Origin: Lama guanicoe
Taxonomy: Eukaryota
Assembly (NCBI GenBank): GCA_013239625.1
Contig: MU054323.1
Location: 15,318,029-15,382,028, forward strand
Length of the DNA stretch: 64,000 bases
Direction of reading: 5' to 3'
This document shows positions 13,628 through 26,225 of this stretch, in pieces; the stretch's first letter is position 1; each line of letters opens with the position of its first letter. Below the pieces are notes generated by a model. It did not search any database. It saw only the letters and a list, made by a program, of their open reading frames with translations, and was not told where the DNA came from. The position numbers and the translations under genes were made by a program.

Positions 13628-14599
13628 AAGTATATAGACCTCATTTGGAAACTGGATTGTAATGAAAGTGGAGTGACCATATGTACATAAAACTTCTGGA
13701 GTTGTACCTGTGTGTTGCAAACTTAACAAATGTTAGCTGTTTTATTTAAAAGTAATAATATTTGTTTTTGATGTTGCTATGGCTATTATTACAATCAGGA
13801 AAGTAGAGTCAGCTTTTCTCTTCCACCTTTTCAGAGAATTGCTGACTGATACAGACTCCTGCAAGTCAGGAGACTTCTTCAAATGAGGGCGGGGAGAAGT
13901 CTCTGTTGAGATTTTTCCCGGAAATTTCATTATTCTGAGACCCACACAAGAGACCTCTTCTGCTTTTTCACTCTTCAAAACAAAACCACACAAACAAGAG
14001 TGGCAGCAAAGGCCGTCTCAAAAGCTGACTCCTGTACTGGTTACTGAAGCATGAATGATACTTCTCTTGACATTGTGACCAAGGGGGCTCCAGACTCCCT
14101 CCTAGTCTGTCTTTCCAGAACTGTGGCCAAGCAGAGATCAGAGCCCCAGCCTCTCCCTGGTCCTATTTTACCCTCTCGACAAGACAAAGTTAGGCTCAGC
14201 AAGACAGGAAAGAAAGGCCATAGAAACACAGGTATATTGTGTTGTCCCTAAACAAATGGTTTAAATGTCCTCATTCTTTTCCCTCTTTTAAATGATAAAG
14301 GATAAGGGAATGCTTAGTGTTTAACACACATCTGTCGAGTTAGCTTCCTCTTTAAAGGGTGAAACAGTCTTTGGTACAAGGTGACATTTGGAATGAATGC
14401 TAAAAGGCCATCCGTGGAATTGTCTCTCCAGCCACATCCTCTCTTCCCCACCCTCTTCTCCTTGAGATTCTGTATGGTTATTTCAGGGGCTGTCACTTTC
14501 TCACATGACCCTGTTCCCCTGGCCAAATTACTTAATATTTGGAGAAAGATGGTCTGTGGTGGGAGAGGAGGAATCCAACTGAGAAAGACACACAGAAAA

Positions 14600-14842
14600 C
14601 AGAGAGAAAGAGAGAGGAAGAAGGCGAGTGAGAGAGACGCATTCATTACCTGGGTCCTCACCCTGTGTCTTCCTGAGGCCCAAATACATCCTTGTTTTTT
14701 GTTTGTTTGTTTGTTTCATTTTGTTTTGTTTTGATGATCAACTGTAACTTGGATTTCCTGAGCCAACCAGCTTCTCTTTGATGATTAAGCTGGTTTGGGT
14801 TTGCCTCAAGTTTCTAATATTTCAATAAAAGAAGTCCTGACT
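14600..14842 (+). mobile_element. Old MaLR/ERVL-type LTR 3' part
   Basis: 'ttggatttcctgagccaa...ttaagctggtttgggttt...aagaagtcctgact' resembles the MLT1J/K 3' terminus. Confidence 0.5.
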
Positions 14843-17800
14843 TCTCACTGCTACCATCCTCTCTTGATTTCTCCTCATAATTCACATTTAAGCTCTTGAG
14901 GGACTCAGAATTGTCCATCAGCTGGGCTGCATTTATTCTGCCATGCATTAGACTCAACAGTCTCAGCCTGAGCATCATTTCATTGCAGCATGAGACAGAG
15001 ACAGTTGATCAGTTCAACCTTGGTGCTGGCAGAGTGAAGTGCCCTAATGCAAACACCATTACCTATCCGAAAGAGAAGCCACTTTTAACCTAGTCTACGT
15101 TTCAAAAGCTGAAAAGCTTCATGTTCTAGTGGATGATCACATGTGAGATGTGGCCTACTCATCTCTGCCCGTTCTCCCGCTGACTTATCACCCTTCTCCA
15201 TTTGTCACGTGGCAGTAATGCTGACAATCATGACCTCCATAACTTAGGACATTGCATTTTAAATTGAATTTGTAACCCATAGGAAATATATTGATGTTTG
15301 GATGCATCTAAAATAAGTCTGCTGGAGTTACTGTGATTATTTGGGGTTTGGAATCCTGTAACATACTAAAACTATATATATTTCATAGTTAGTTCTAAGG
15401 CATAGGCTCTCCATGTCTGTTTTGCTAATGTAATTATTGTGCAGGAAAGAGTCATGAATTCAGTTAGCCATTCATTTTATATGTGCCAATTTTTGGCTAA
15501 TTCTCTGAATAACAGTCTCCCCAAATCTCTATCTTGCCTTGTATTATAAATAACGTGGTCAACATTGTTAGAGTTGTCGAAACGCAGGGCTCGATCTAAA
15601 GTGAGATAAGTGAGGCAGTAAGAGTGTACAGTGCCAGGGGACACTCACAGGATCGTGGCAGGCGTCCCTTACCTCACCCTTGTCCTGGCTCCCCTGAAAG
15701 GTTACAAGCTAGTTTAGGAGATGTTCACATGTCTCACATTAGAAAATTAGACAGTGTCATATATGTACCAACTGCGGGATGAATAAAAAGCCAGGAAAAA
15801 AAGGAACTGATTCTTTAGCAGATCTGCCAGGTTCACCTTCCTGCTTCTGTCCTCCATCAGGAAAGCCCCACCCCCCCACAGCTTTCCACACACGTCTGTC
15901 CCAGGAAGCATCATGACATTAGGAAGAGTACCTGGGACTCAAGCACGTGTCCTGGAGGGAGTTACTCTTGATGGTAAATAGCCAAAATAGCCAATGAGCT
16001 CTAACGTCCTTTCCAGCCAGGTGGCTTGGAGTCTCATTGGTGATCACTCAGTAGGTTCTTGATTAGCTGCTGGGGCAGACTGGAAGGCTGCCCTGGGCAA
16101 CGAGGCTGTGAATGAGGTCTGGTTGCAGCTGCTCCATCCTCTTAACTTTGTCCTCCTTTTTCTTGTTGTTGGTCCATCTTCCCAGCTCTTTCAAGTTCCA
16201 GGTGCCCTCATGAGCCGTCTCTTTCCCTCACACAGAGTGGGACCTGAATCCTGTTTTCACAGTGTGGAAATGACTAATGACAATTTGAAATAGTATTCCT
16301 CCACAGGGCATGCACAACTGGTAGGGCACATGCAAGACTTGAGTTCTTGGTAAGCAGGTGGGGAGGTGAGCATGGATTTAGGACAGGTGACAGGACAGGT
16401 ATGCTCGAAGTTCAGCTCAAAAGGGGGATAACCTTTGATCTAAGGACAAAGACTAGGTCCTCTCTGACCCTATTCCAAGGTTTGGCAAAAGGGGGCTGAT
16501 AGGGAGAGAGGCAAGGCTCACTTCAAATCTCCATAAGGGCTTGTAGCAGCTTTTGAGATAGAGCTGCTCAGATTACCCCTAATTATCTCATATCTTGGCA
16601 ATATACTGTTCAATTTTAGCTCTGTTTTACGCATTTATAATTTGATTCCTCCAACTAAGATTTATAATTGAGGTCATATAGCTCCCATTTCACCTGGCAC
16701 AATGTGAGGAAGGTAGCAGGTGGTCAATATTTGCTCGCTTTAATTGAATTCTGTCCCATGCAGGCCTCTTTCTCTCACATGCATACGTGACCCTCGTGTC
16801 GAATACTGTTAATGTTGATCCTGCCTGTAAAGATCACAGTATCACTATTTTAACATTTATGTTTCTTTGAAGGAAGGTGTGTTTGAATCTCCCTCTCCTT
16901 TTTCTTCAATAACTATATTAAAAGAACTCTCCCATAACTTAAATCCTCTGTGGTTTAATTGAAATCCTATGTGATTTAATTAATCAATAGTAGACCTCAT
17001 TCTCCATCCTGAAACACTCCAGTATGTATTTTCAGTTCCTTCTCCCTGCATTAGCTGATATAGAAAAAAATTTTAATAGCAGTCTGAGTTCTTTAGAAGC
17101 TCTGCTCGGGCCAGACTTCAGACTTCACCACCAGTTGGCAGTTGCAGTTATCGGCACAGGGATTGTTAGTGAGTCCCACAGCTACACCCCTCGCTTGCCA
17201 AAACAAGCTTTAAAAAAAAAAAAGAAGCATCTCCTAACTTAGGGCTTTGGTTACTTTTAAAGGGCCACGTGCAGATAATATAACCACATGACCAAATGTT
17301 CCCTTCAGTAAAGTGCCTGCAGCAGAATTGAGTTCTGCATGTTTGTTTTAACCGCGCAATGCATATGCCATCTGGCATATTTCACATAAAAATGAAACTG
17401 CTTTCGTGGCTGAGTAGATGCCAGAACGGAATTGTATAACAGTAATAAGGCCTTTTCTGGTTCATGAATATACCTTAGGTGCTGTTTCAAGCATGAAACT
17501 CTAGATGATGCTAAAATAGTCACTTTTTTTCTCTTCAGAGATAAAGAATATACTGAGTGAAGTCACTCACTTCTGTGAGCTTAGAACCCAGCCATGATTT
17601 TTAATGTAGAGAAAAATAGTTGCAAATTCTTCGTCTATGATTTTTGAAATGTAATTCTAGGCTTTAATTTAACTCTGGGGTTATGCCCCCCCCCCAAATA
17701 ACAAATTCAGAACTAGAGACTGGATCTTTTGCCTTCATCATGAAAAAAAAGTGTCTAAATGTCTGGAGGTTTGCTGTTTCTAGAATATATCAAATACATA

Positions 17801-20289
17801 GATAATTGACAGAGTTTCCTCCTCCTTTTCCATTACTTTAGTATCATGCTGCCAAATCCCAGGCTCTGCCCCCTTTTCCACCTTCCCTAAGGACTCTGTA
17901 CACCTGAAGAAAATGAGTCTTAGCCATGCCAACCTCGAAGGTGCTAACGTGGGTTTAGGGAATTTTAGAACATTGTATCAATTCCAGTGGAACATATTGC
18001 TTTGGTTGGGGAGATGTCAGGGACAGAAATAATCCTTCATGGTTAAAGATATTTGGAGAAAATTTTGTGCATCTCTGCCATGTTGTACAACCTAATGGTA
18101 TATTCTCCTCCGTCTATAAGAATTCATTTTCTGGCAAACCTGGGACTCAACATTTGTCATGCTTGATATTCAGCTTTACACAAAAGTGTTCTCTTAATAC
18201 AGCTTTATGCATCTCATACATATTTGTATCTCTTTCCAGCATAATCTTAGGCCCAGTAGAGTTTAGTAATAAACCATTCCCTCTGCTATCAGGACCGATG
18301 TCTATTGCAGCTAAGCAGTTTTCAAGTCTGAAGAGTCATTTATCTCAAGAACGTGCTACAGTACAAGCATAAGTGTGATCAGAAATAAGGCACACATCTG
18401 CTTTTCTGGTCAGCTTTCCTCCAATGCACAGCCATCCCCTTGCACGCGGCTGTGGAGTCATTAACTCAAACAGCACATTCTTATAACACATGATGGAAAT
18501 TTCTGTGGTACTTTCTGTAGCTATGAGGGATGCTTAGAAACTTGTGCTTGCAAACTAGGTGTCTTACTTGCTCTGGAATCTAACACTGGGTTGAGAGATG
18601 GCCCCACAGCTTTCAAGAGGGGATATTTCACCCCTAAGCCTGCCAGCATTTATTTTTCTCATAGTTGTTGATAAAGAAAGCGCCACTTGTTGGCACAGGG
18701 TTTCTGTTCACACAGGGTTTCTGCTTATAATTATTATTAAAAGTAAATGTCTTTGAGGCAAATGCAAATGTACTGAGGCTTCTCTTCACTGGCAATCAAA
18801 TTTCAAACTGTGTGAGGCAACTGGGCTAGAGGAGAATGAGGGATTAGAATTTAGTCAACATTCTGCAGGAATTACGTCTTTGAAGAACTATCCCTTGGAT
18901 TCTAGAATACCTGTTCTTTCTTCCAGAATAGTCTATGCAGGAAACAGAGCATTCTTCTGCCTGTAGTGCCTCGAAAAGAGGGAGACATTGTGTAGGGTTC
19001 TGGCAGAGGCTTTGATAGCTGGAGATGAAATCTCATAGCAATATTACCCTTGTAGTGATTTGGTTACAAGCTTGTCATTCACATGTAACTTCTGGTTTTG
19101 CTCTGAGTGTTACAGTTCAGTTAGGCTTCCAGGGTGTAAAGATTACAGCTGATTGGCAGATTCTAGTCGTTACTCTGTTTTGCTAGGCTTCCATCCGTTT
19201 TAGAAAATCTACTCCACGCCTGCGAATGGAAATGACCCCGCTGAGAAGGAGCAGCACTGAGACCCCAGGAGACATAAGCACAGAGCTGCCATCTCGTCTG
19301 CTTCGTAACTTGTAGATGTCTTTGTAGAGGAAATGCCCAGTTTGAGGTTGATCCTGCGGAGGTGGCCTATCTGTGGATTTGCAGATTGTCTTGTAGATGA
19401 AACGGCTGGCTTTTCAGCTGATTTTGTGTTGATGAAATCACATCTGCCTGAGAGCCAGAAAAAAGTCATTGTGGACAGAGGAGAATACACATGTGGTGTG
19501 CAGTGTGGCCAGACGGAAAGTGATTTAGCAGTGAAAATCATTTACTTATGTTTTCCCCCTGCCACTTCCTCGTGGATAGGCTGCATTAAAGATAAGCTTG
19601 GGATCATCTGCTAGAACTGATAAAGACTACATCAGCACCTCACTGGCTGGCATTTAAAAGTTTTAAATTCAGTATCTCAAATTGTGCAGGGAGAGTGGAG
19701 GCATGGAAGAGAGATTGTGGAGGTGGGAGTCCTGCTTGGGTTTTTCTCAGCACGACATCCAAATAAGAGAATACTAAGAGAGAACCACTGCCAACCATCC
19801 AATGTTGTACAGAAACCCAAATCTCTCTTCAGGTGGCAACATCTGGGCATTTGGCATTGGGCACAAAAATATTTTTCAATGTACTGAATTTTTTATTTTT
19901 TTTCCAGATAATTTTAGAGATGTGTAGTCCCAGAGTTACCTAAAACCTCCAAACAGTGTTACCAGCTTTCCACCAGCTATTATTAAGTACACCATTATTT
20001 GTTCACTCATTCATTCATTCAGTTCACAAATGTTTACTGAGCACTGACCAAGAATTATTTCAGATGCTGCAGATCCACTGGTGAAGAAGTTACCCTGGGT
20101 CCTTCTTTCTTGGAGCTCTCACTTGTCTCCTAGTAGGAGGCTGCTGCAGGGAGAATTTCTGCCCTCAGAGGATGCTTGATGGGGTTACCTCTCTTCTCTC
20201 TAATACTCCACTGGCAGTAATTAGGGGCAGCTGGCTCTATACGCACAATCTATAGACCTCTAATTTTATTTTCTTGTTGTTTTTCTCTT

Positions 20290-20728
20290 TTTTTAATTTT
20301 TAAACAAATTGTATGTATTTATTTTATAATATCATATTTTTTAAATTGAAGTACAGCTGATGTACAATATTATATGTTACAGGCATACAATATAATAATT
20401 CACAATTTTTAGAGGTCACACTCCATTTATAGTTACTATAAAATACTGGCTGTATTCCCCGTGTTGTACAGTGCATCCTTGTAACTTATTTTATACCTGA
20501 TAGTTCATACCTCTTCATCCTCCACCTCCATCTTGCCCCTCCCCCTTCCCTCTCCCTACTGGTAACCACTAGTTCCTTCTCTACCTCTGTGAGTCTGTTT
20601 CTTTTCTGTTATATTCACTAGTTTGTTGTATTTTTTTAGATTCCACATGTAAGTGGTATCTTATAGTATTTGTCTTTCTCTGTCTGACTTATTTCACTTA
20701 GCATACTGCCCTCCAAATCCATCCATGC
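20290..20728 (-). mobile_element. L1 3' UTR and tail (non-inverted part of a twin-primed insertion)
   Basis: T-rich tail, then 'ttgaagtacagctgatgtacaatatt...ttagattccacatgtaagtg...ccctccaaatccatccatg'. Confidence 0.88.
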
Positions 20729-21338
20729 TGTACACCAGAAACTTGAAATCAACAGTACAACAGAAATTTTAAATCACCTGTACTTCAGTTAAAAAGCAAC
20801 CAATCCATTTCAAATATGGGCAGAAGAACTGAACAGACATTTTTCCAAAAGAGGAAATGCAGATGGCCAATAGGAAAATGAAATTTTGCTCAACATCACT
20901 AATATCAGAAGAATGCAAATCAAAATCACAATGAGATATCATCTCACACCTGTTAGAATGGCCATCATCAAAAAGATGAGAGATAACAAATGCTGGTGTG
21001 GATGTGGAGAAAAGGGAACCCTTGTACACAGTTGGTAGGAATGTAATTGGTGCAGCCACCATGGAAAACAATATGAAGATTTCTCAAAAACCTAAAAATA
21101 GAACTACTGTATACCCCATCAGTTCCACTCCTGGGCATATATCTGAGAAAAACAAAAATATTAATTCAAAAAGATACATACACCCCACTATTAACAGCAA
21201 CATTATTTATAATTGCCAAGGTATGGAAGCATCCTAAGTGCACATCAATAGATGAGTGGATAAAGAAGATGCAGCATATATATGTAATGGAATACCACTC
21301 ACCCAGAAGAAAGAAGGATATTTTGCCATGTGTGGCCA
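20729..21338 (+). mobile_element. Short L1 3' tip (20729-20795) plus inverted L1 ORF2 C-terminal segment
   Basis: ORF2 C-terminal motifs readable ([27 protein letters not shown]); ends at 'ttttgccatgtgtggcca'. Confidence 0.85.
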
Positions 21339-21399
21339 TTCATTCAGCTTTTATTTTCACTTCAAAAACAAGGATTTTATAACTGGCATAAACATTTCC

Positions 21400-21690
21400 A
21401 TTGCATCAAAACAACCAAATACCTAGAAATAAACTTAACCGAGGGGGTTACCTATACTCTGAAAACTAAAACATTTATGATGGAAAGTAAAGATGACACA
21501 AAGAAATGGAAGGATATCTTGTGCTCCTCGGTTGGAAGAATCAACCTTGTCAAAATGGCCACACTACTCAAAGCAATCTACAGATCTAATGCAACCCCTG
21601 TCAAAATAGTCACGACTCACAACTAGAACAAACAATTCCAAAATTTATATGAAACCATAAAAGACCCCCAATTGCCAAAGCAATCTTTTG
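21400..21690 (+). mobile_element. L1 ORF2 fragment (post-RT region)
   Basis: ORF 21330-21626 contains KYLEINLT...KKWKDILCSSVGRINLVKM...KAIYRSNATPVKI. Confidence 0.9.
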
Positions 21691-23065
21691 TAGGTCTTTT
21701 TTTTTTCCCCTCTTTCTTCTTTTTGTTCTCTTTTCTTATGGTTTGGTGACTAGAGAAGTTCCTTTAACATTTGTTGTAAAGCTGGTTTGATAGTGCTGTA
21801 TTCTTTTAGCTTTTGTTTATCTGTGAAGTTTTCGATTTCTCCATCAAATCTGAACGAGAGCCTTGATGAGTAGAGTATTCTTGGCTGTAAGTTTTCCCCT
21901 TTCATCACTTTAAATATATCATGCCACTCCCATCTGGCCTGTAGATTTTCTGCTGAAAGTCAGCTGATAACCTTATAGGAGTCCCCTTGTATGTTATTTG
22001 TTCCTTTTCTCTTGCTAATTTTAATATTTTCTCCTTATCCTTAATTTTTGTCAATTTGATTACTATGTGCCTTGGTGTGTTCCTCTTTGGGTTGATTCTG
22101 GAACTCTCTGCGCATCCTAGACTTGGGTGACTGTTTCCATTCCCAAATTGGGGAAGTTTTCGGTTATTATCTCTTCAAAAATTTTCTCAGGTCCTTTCTC
22201 TCTCTCTTCTCTTTCTGGGACCCCTATAATGTGAATATTAGTGCACTTCATGTTGTCCCAGAGTCCTCTTAAACTATGCTCATTTCTTTTCATTCTTTTT
22301 TCTTTTTTCTGTTCTGCAGTAGTGATTTTGACTAACCTTCTAGCTCACTGATCTGTTCTGCCTCATTTAGTCTATTCTTGGTTCTTTGTAGTGTATTGTT
22401 CATTTCAGTGATTTTATTCTTCAACTCTGGGTATTCTTTGTATTTTCCAACTCTTTGCTAAACACTTCACTCTGTGCATCTATTCTCTTGAGTTCTCTGA
22501 ACGTCTTTGCCATCATTACTTCAAACTGTTTCTCAGAAAAATTGCCTATCTCCTCATCACATTTCCTCTTCTAGGATTTTATCTTGTGCCTTGGCCTAGG
22601 AGATAGTCCTCTGCCGCCTCATGTTGTCTATCTTTCTATCTGTATTTTTAGGTAGGTTAGTTAGTTTCTCAACCTTGGAGAGGTGGCCCTGAGTGGGAGA
22701 TGTCTTATATATCCCGGCAGTACACTCCTCTCTCGCCACTCAAGGGTTGTGGATTCCTTCCACAGGCTTTAGGATTATTGTTTTCTTATTTCTGGTATCT
22801 GCCCCCTCCACAGATGAGGCTGGACTAGAGGCTTTTGCAGGTTTCCTGGCAGGAGGAGCTGGTGCCTGCCCACTGCTGGGTGAAGCTTGTCCCTGGACCT
22901 CTGGTGGGTAGGGTCATGTCTAGAGGCATTTATGGCTCAGGAAGTCTGCTGATGGGTGGGGCTGTGTTCCCACCCAGTATGTGATTTGGCCTGAGGCTTT
23001 CCTACAGTCAGTTCACTAGGGCAGGCCTTGGTGCTAATGATACAATCAAGATGTCAGCCTCTTCC
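21691..23065 (-). mobile_element. L1 5' UTR remnant and ORF1 (disrupted)
   Basis: Minus-strand translation SAENLQARWEWHDIFKVMKGENLQPRILYSSRLSFRFDGEIENFTDKQKLKEYSTIKPALQQMLKELL* (stop at 21750-21752) is the L1 ORF1p C-terminal domain; frameshifts upstream. Confidence 0.9.
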
Positions 23066-23945
23066 CTATAGGGAAAGATAGACCACTAACTTTATCAAGT
23101 GCTTTATATTTAGTGCAACAAGGTACTCTTACATGTGTTTTCCCAATTGTGTCTAATGTGCTGTTTGATCCAATAGTTGACTTTCTAATTTTATTTTTTT
23201 AATTCTTTTTACTTTTTTCCTTAAGCTCTAATTCTTATCCAAGCGTATCTCATTATTTTCACTAATTTCCTTATCTAACTCATCACTAGTATCATTATTA
23301 TAATCAGTGGCAAAGAAATCTGCTGCTTTTAGGAACCATATTCTAAAGTTGACGCACCCTAGAAAGGAAGCTTGTCAACCTTCAGAAATGCCTATTTAGG
23401 GATTTAAAAATTAAGCACAAATTGCAAGACTTAACTTGCCTAGAAACAGCTCTTACACACTGTGTGTTAGTAACACTTATTCTGCATGGCAACATCACCA
23501 GGCTTCTTGCTCTGATAGACAAACTGCCCCTCTCTGAGCTTACTAAGGAGTCTTCTCAGGTGCACCAGCTTGGCGAGTCTTGGCATCAGCAAAGTAGGAA
23601 GCCGACCGTGTGCTTTGCAGGCTCCACATTCTCTCCTACCTTTTCCCTAAAGCCCCACTGTTAAAGCATATTGAAAGACTCAGGTGCCAAAGAGGAAAGG
23701 CAATCGTGAGCTCCCAGGGGCTGTGGTGCTGTCAACCCTGGGATACACTAAGTAAGCAGGCAGGTTCTAGAGGGATGTCTCAGTGGAAGGTTGGGACAAG
23801 AAAGAAGGGTCCACCTCAGAGGTGGGAAATCCATTTCAGGGGCCTGAGAGCTGGGTGGTGGGAGGAAATTATTTTGGAAGATAGCTTGAGTCACTGAGTA
23901 GCTGTTTTGCTCTCAGGAAAGTCGCACATATGATGTCCTTGAAAT

Positions 23946-24138
23946 AGAGCTGTCAGACTTAGCAAATGAAAATGCAGGACACACAGGCACTCCAATAAAT
24001 CTGAATTTCAGATAAGCAAAAAATAATTTTTTAGTTTAAGTCTGTCCCATGAAATATTTGGGATGAACATTAAAAAATTATTTGTTTATCTGAACTTCAA
24101 ATTTAACTGAGCATTGTATATTTTATCTGGTGGTCCCT
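23946..24138. mobile_element. MER53-like palindromic hAT MITE, near full length
   Basis: 'tgtcagacttagcaaat...aaatctgaatttcagataa...gtcccatgaaatatttggga...ttatctgaacttcaaatttaactg...ttttatctgg'; internal dyad symmetry. Confidence 0.8.
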
Positions 24139-24207
24139 CCCCCTTTAAATGACCTATGTTTCAGCCTGAATTATATCCTCAAACCTGAGAGCCTTAAACT
24201 ACTGAAA

Positions 24208-24370
24208 AGCAGTTCTCAAAGTGTGATCCCTGCAGCAGCAGCAACTGCTGCACCTGGGAAGTTGTTAGAAATGCAAATTCTCATTCCGACCGCAGACCTA
24301 CACCAGGCCAGAAATTATACCGAGACCTCTAGGGGATTCCACCACACACTCAAGGTGGAGAACCATTTCC
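24208..24370. mobile_element. MER5A-like hAT MITE (similar copies near 5570-5710, 26357-26520, 50165-50350, 56910-57075)
   Basis: 'agcagttctcaaagtgtgatcc...cacctgggaagttgttagaaatgcaaattctc...ggtggagaaccatt'. Confidence 0.75.
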
Positions 24371-24654
24371 CAGAGCATCTGAAGGGTGAAGGACTCGAGG
24401 TTTGGTGAGATAATGGTTAAGAGAGGAGAACTTGATCTGGGGAGTCTATGAGAAAGGGAGTCAGGAGCAATCCTGGGTACATCACCTGGGTTGAAAACCC
24501 TGAGATTCTTGACCCCTTTGCAATGTGACCGTGTTCATTAGATTTGGCTTCTACCGTTTCCTAGTTCCTTTTATTGATTATTAATGAAAAGAGTTATAAT
24601 GAAAAAAGTTTGTGTGCTTATCTTCAGGAACATTGAAGGTGGAAATAGCTTCCA

Positions 24655-24805
24655 TTTTTTAATTTGAAATATAGTTGATTTACAATATTATGTTAGTTTT
24701 AAGTGCGCAAAATAGTAATTTAATATTTTTATAGATTATACTGCATTTTAAGTTATTACAAAATAACGGTTGTGTTTCTCTGTGCTGTACAATATATCCC
24801 CAGTG
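24655..24805 (-). mobile_element. Short L1 3' end
   Basis: 'ttgaaatatagttgatttacaatattatgttagttt...ctgtgctgtacaatatatcc'. Confidence 0.8.
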
Positions 24806-25374
24806 TCCACCAATTTTGAAGGGAAAGTCATGTAATAGGAAAAAGTGGGGGGGAAAGGAAGCTTTGGGCCCTGGGGGCTTCCAAGAAGTGGCCTCCAAGG
24901 CCTGGGAAATGAGCTGTGGGGGATTCCAAGCAGGAAGCTCCTTGTGTTTCCTGACAGGAGTGTGGTGCTGAGCCTGGGAGATTAGTTTTTCTCAGCTCAC
25001 CGTCATGCTTGCAGGGGCTAAACACAGCACAGACCTGGTGCTTTCCCCGTGACTCCCACAGCACGCCAGCGTGTTACAGTGCGATGGGAGAGGGCCACTC
25101 ACCACCATCCAGTCCAAACCACCCGATGACCCAGTGACACTGCTCCGGGATGCACATGCTGTTTGCCAGCCTCTCTGTCCCCCACATTCATCTTCCCAGA
25201 GGCTGGCCTGGCTACAGACCTGCCCACTAGTCCCAGCTAGCAAAGGCTCACTTGAGGCTCATTTAAGCTGAAGAGGTAAAGCCTCGCTTGAGATATGCCG
25301 GAAGGAGCAAGTTATATCTTATCTTAGTCCACTCTCAAATTTATCTTCTCTTTGAATAACCAGGGAAACACAGG

Positions 25375-26060
25375 GTAGCCTAGTGATTCAGAGCACAGGC
25401 TGCCAGGTCTGCTCTGCACTTAACAGCAATGCCTAAGTTTCCTCTGTAAAGCATAAATAATTGTAATGCTTATCTTTTTGTGTTGCTATGAGGATTGAAG
25501 AGTTAATGCATTTAAAGTTTAGAACAATGCCTGGCTCAGAGGAAGGGCTCAAGAAATATTGTTTATTATTAGTACTATTACTACTACTGCTACTGGAAGT
25601 CATATTCCCTGGGCTCAGTGTTTGGATCGGGCGGAAGAAAAGAGGACTCAGACATTGGGAAGATGAAACACTTGTGTACTCCAGGCTGTGCTTTCCCGGA
25701 GTTGTCCATAACAAAAGCTTCCCTGGAATCCCAATTTTTAGAAACTTTGGAAATTTTTTAAAGTTCGTTTTTGTTTTGGGTTTTCTTTTTTAATTTGTTT
25801 TTGTTTTTCCATTTCCCTCACACACTCTTGTTTGAGAGCTACTGGAGTAGAGAAAAAGGCCTAAACATTGTTGTCTGTCAGACCTGAACCTTGACGTTGT
25901 CATTTTGTAATAATATGACCTTATGCAAATACTTAACTTCTTGGTGTTCGAGTTTCCTCATCTATAAAACGAGAATAATACTGTTTTCCTGGAAAGATTA
26001 GACGTCATGTATAAGAAACGCCTAGCATAGTACCTGGCATATTGTAAATATTTAACATGT
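25375..26060 (+). mobile_element. Two MIR fragments (about 25375-25590 and 25840-26060)
   Basis: MIR cores 'gtttcctctgtaaa...gaggattgaagagttaatgc' and 'gtttcctcatctataaaacgagaataata'. Confidence 0.7.
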
Positions 26061-26225
26061 AACAGGGACTGGGTGAAATAGCTTCTCCTGACGCGAACAG
26101 AACTGAGTCTCAAATAAATCAAAATTGTAAATATTTAACATGTAACAGGGACTGTTACTGCTTATGCACCATTGTGGTGAAATAGCTTCTCCTGACGCGA
26201 ACAGAACTGAGTCTCAAATAAATCA
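26041..26225 (+). repeat. Imperfect tandem duplication A-B-aa-A-x-B
   Basis: A (31 bp) at 26041-26071 = 26124-26154; B (50 bp) at 26072-26121 = 26176-26225; 21-bp segment 26155-26175 present only in the second copy; no mismatches. Confidence 0.95.

Noticed and set aside
13820..13905. Strong acceptor at about 13844 and a 9-bp stem GAGACTTCT/AGAAGTCTC
   Set aside because: All frames stop quickly, no clear donor nearby, and the stem is within chance expectation.
19209..19541. 110-aa minus-strand ORF with a decent acceptor before 19447
   Set aside because: No recognisable domain and no convincing donor or partner exon.
26041..26225. CRISPR-like repeat-spacer pattern
   Set aside because: Only two units, eukaryotic context, no cas genes; a local duplication explains it.
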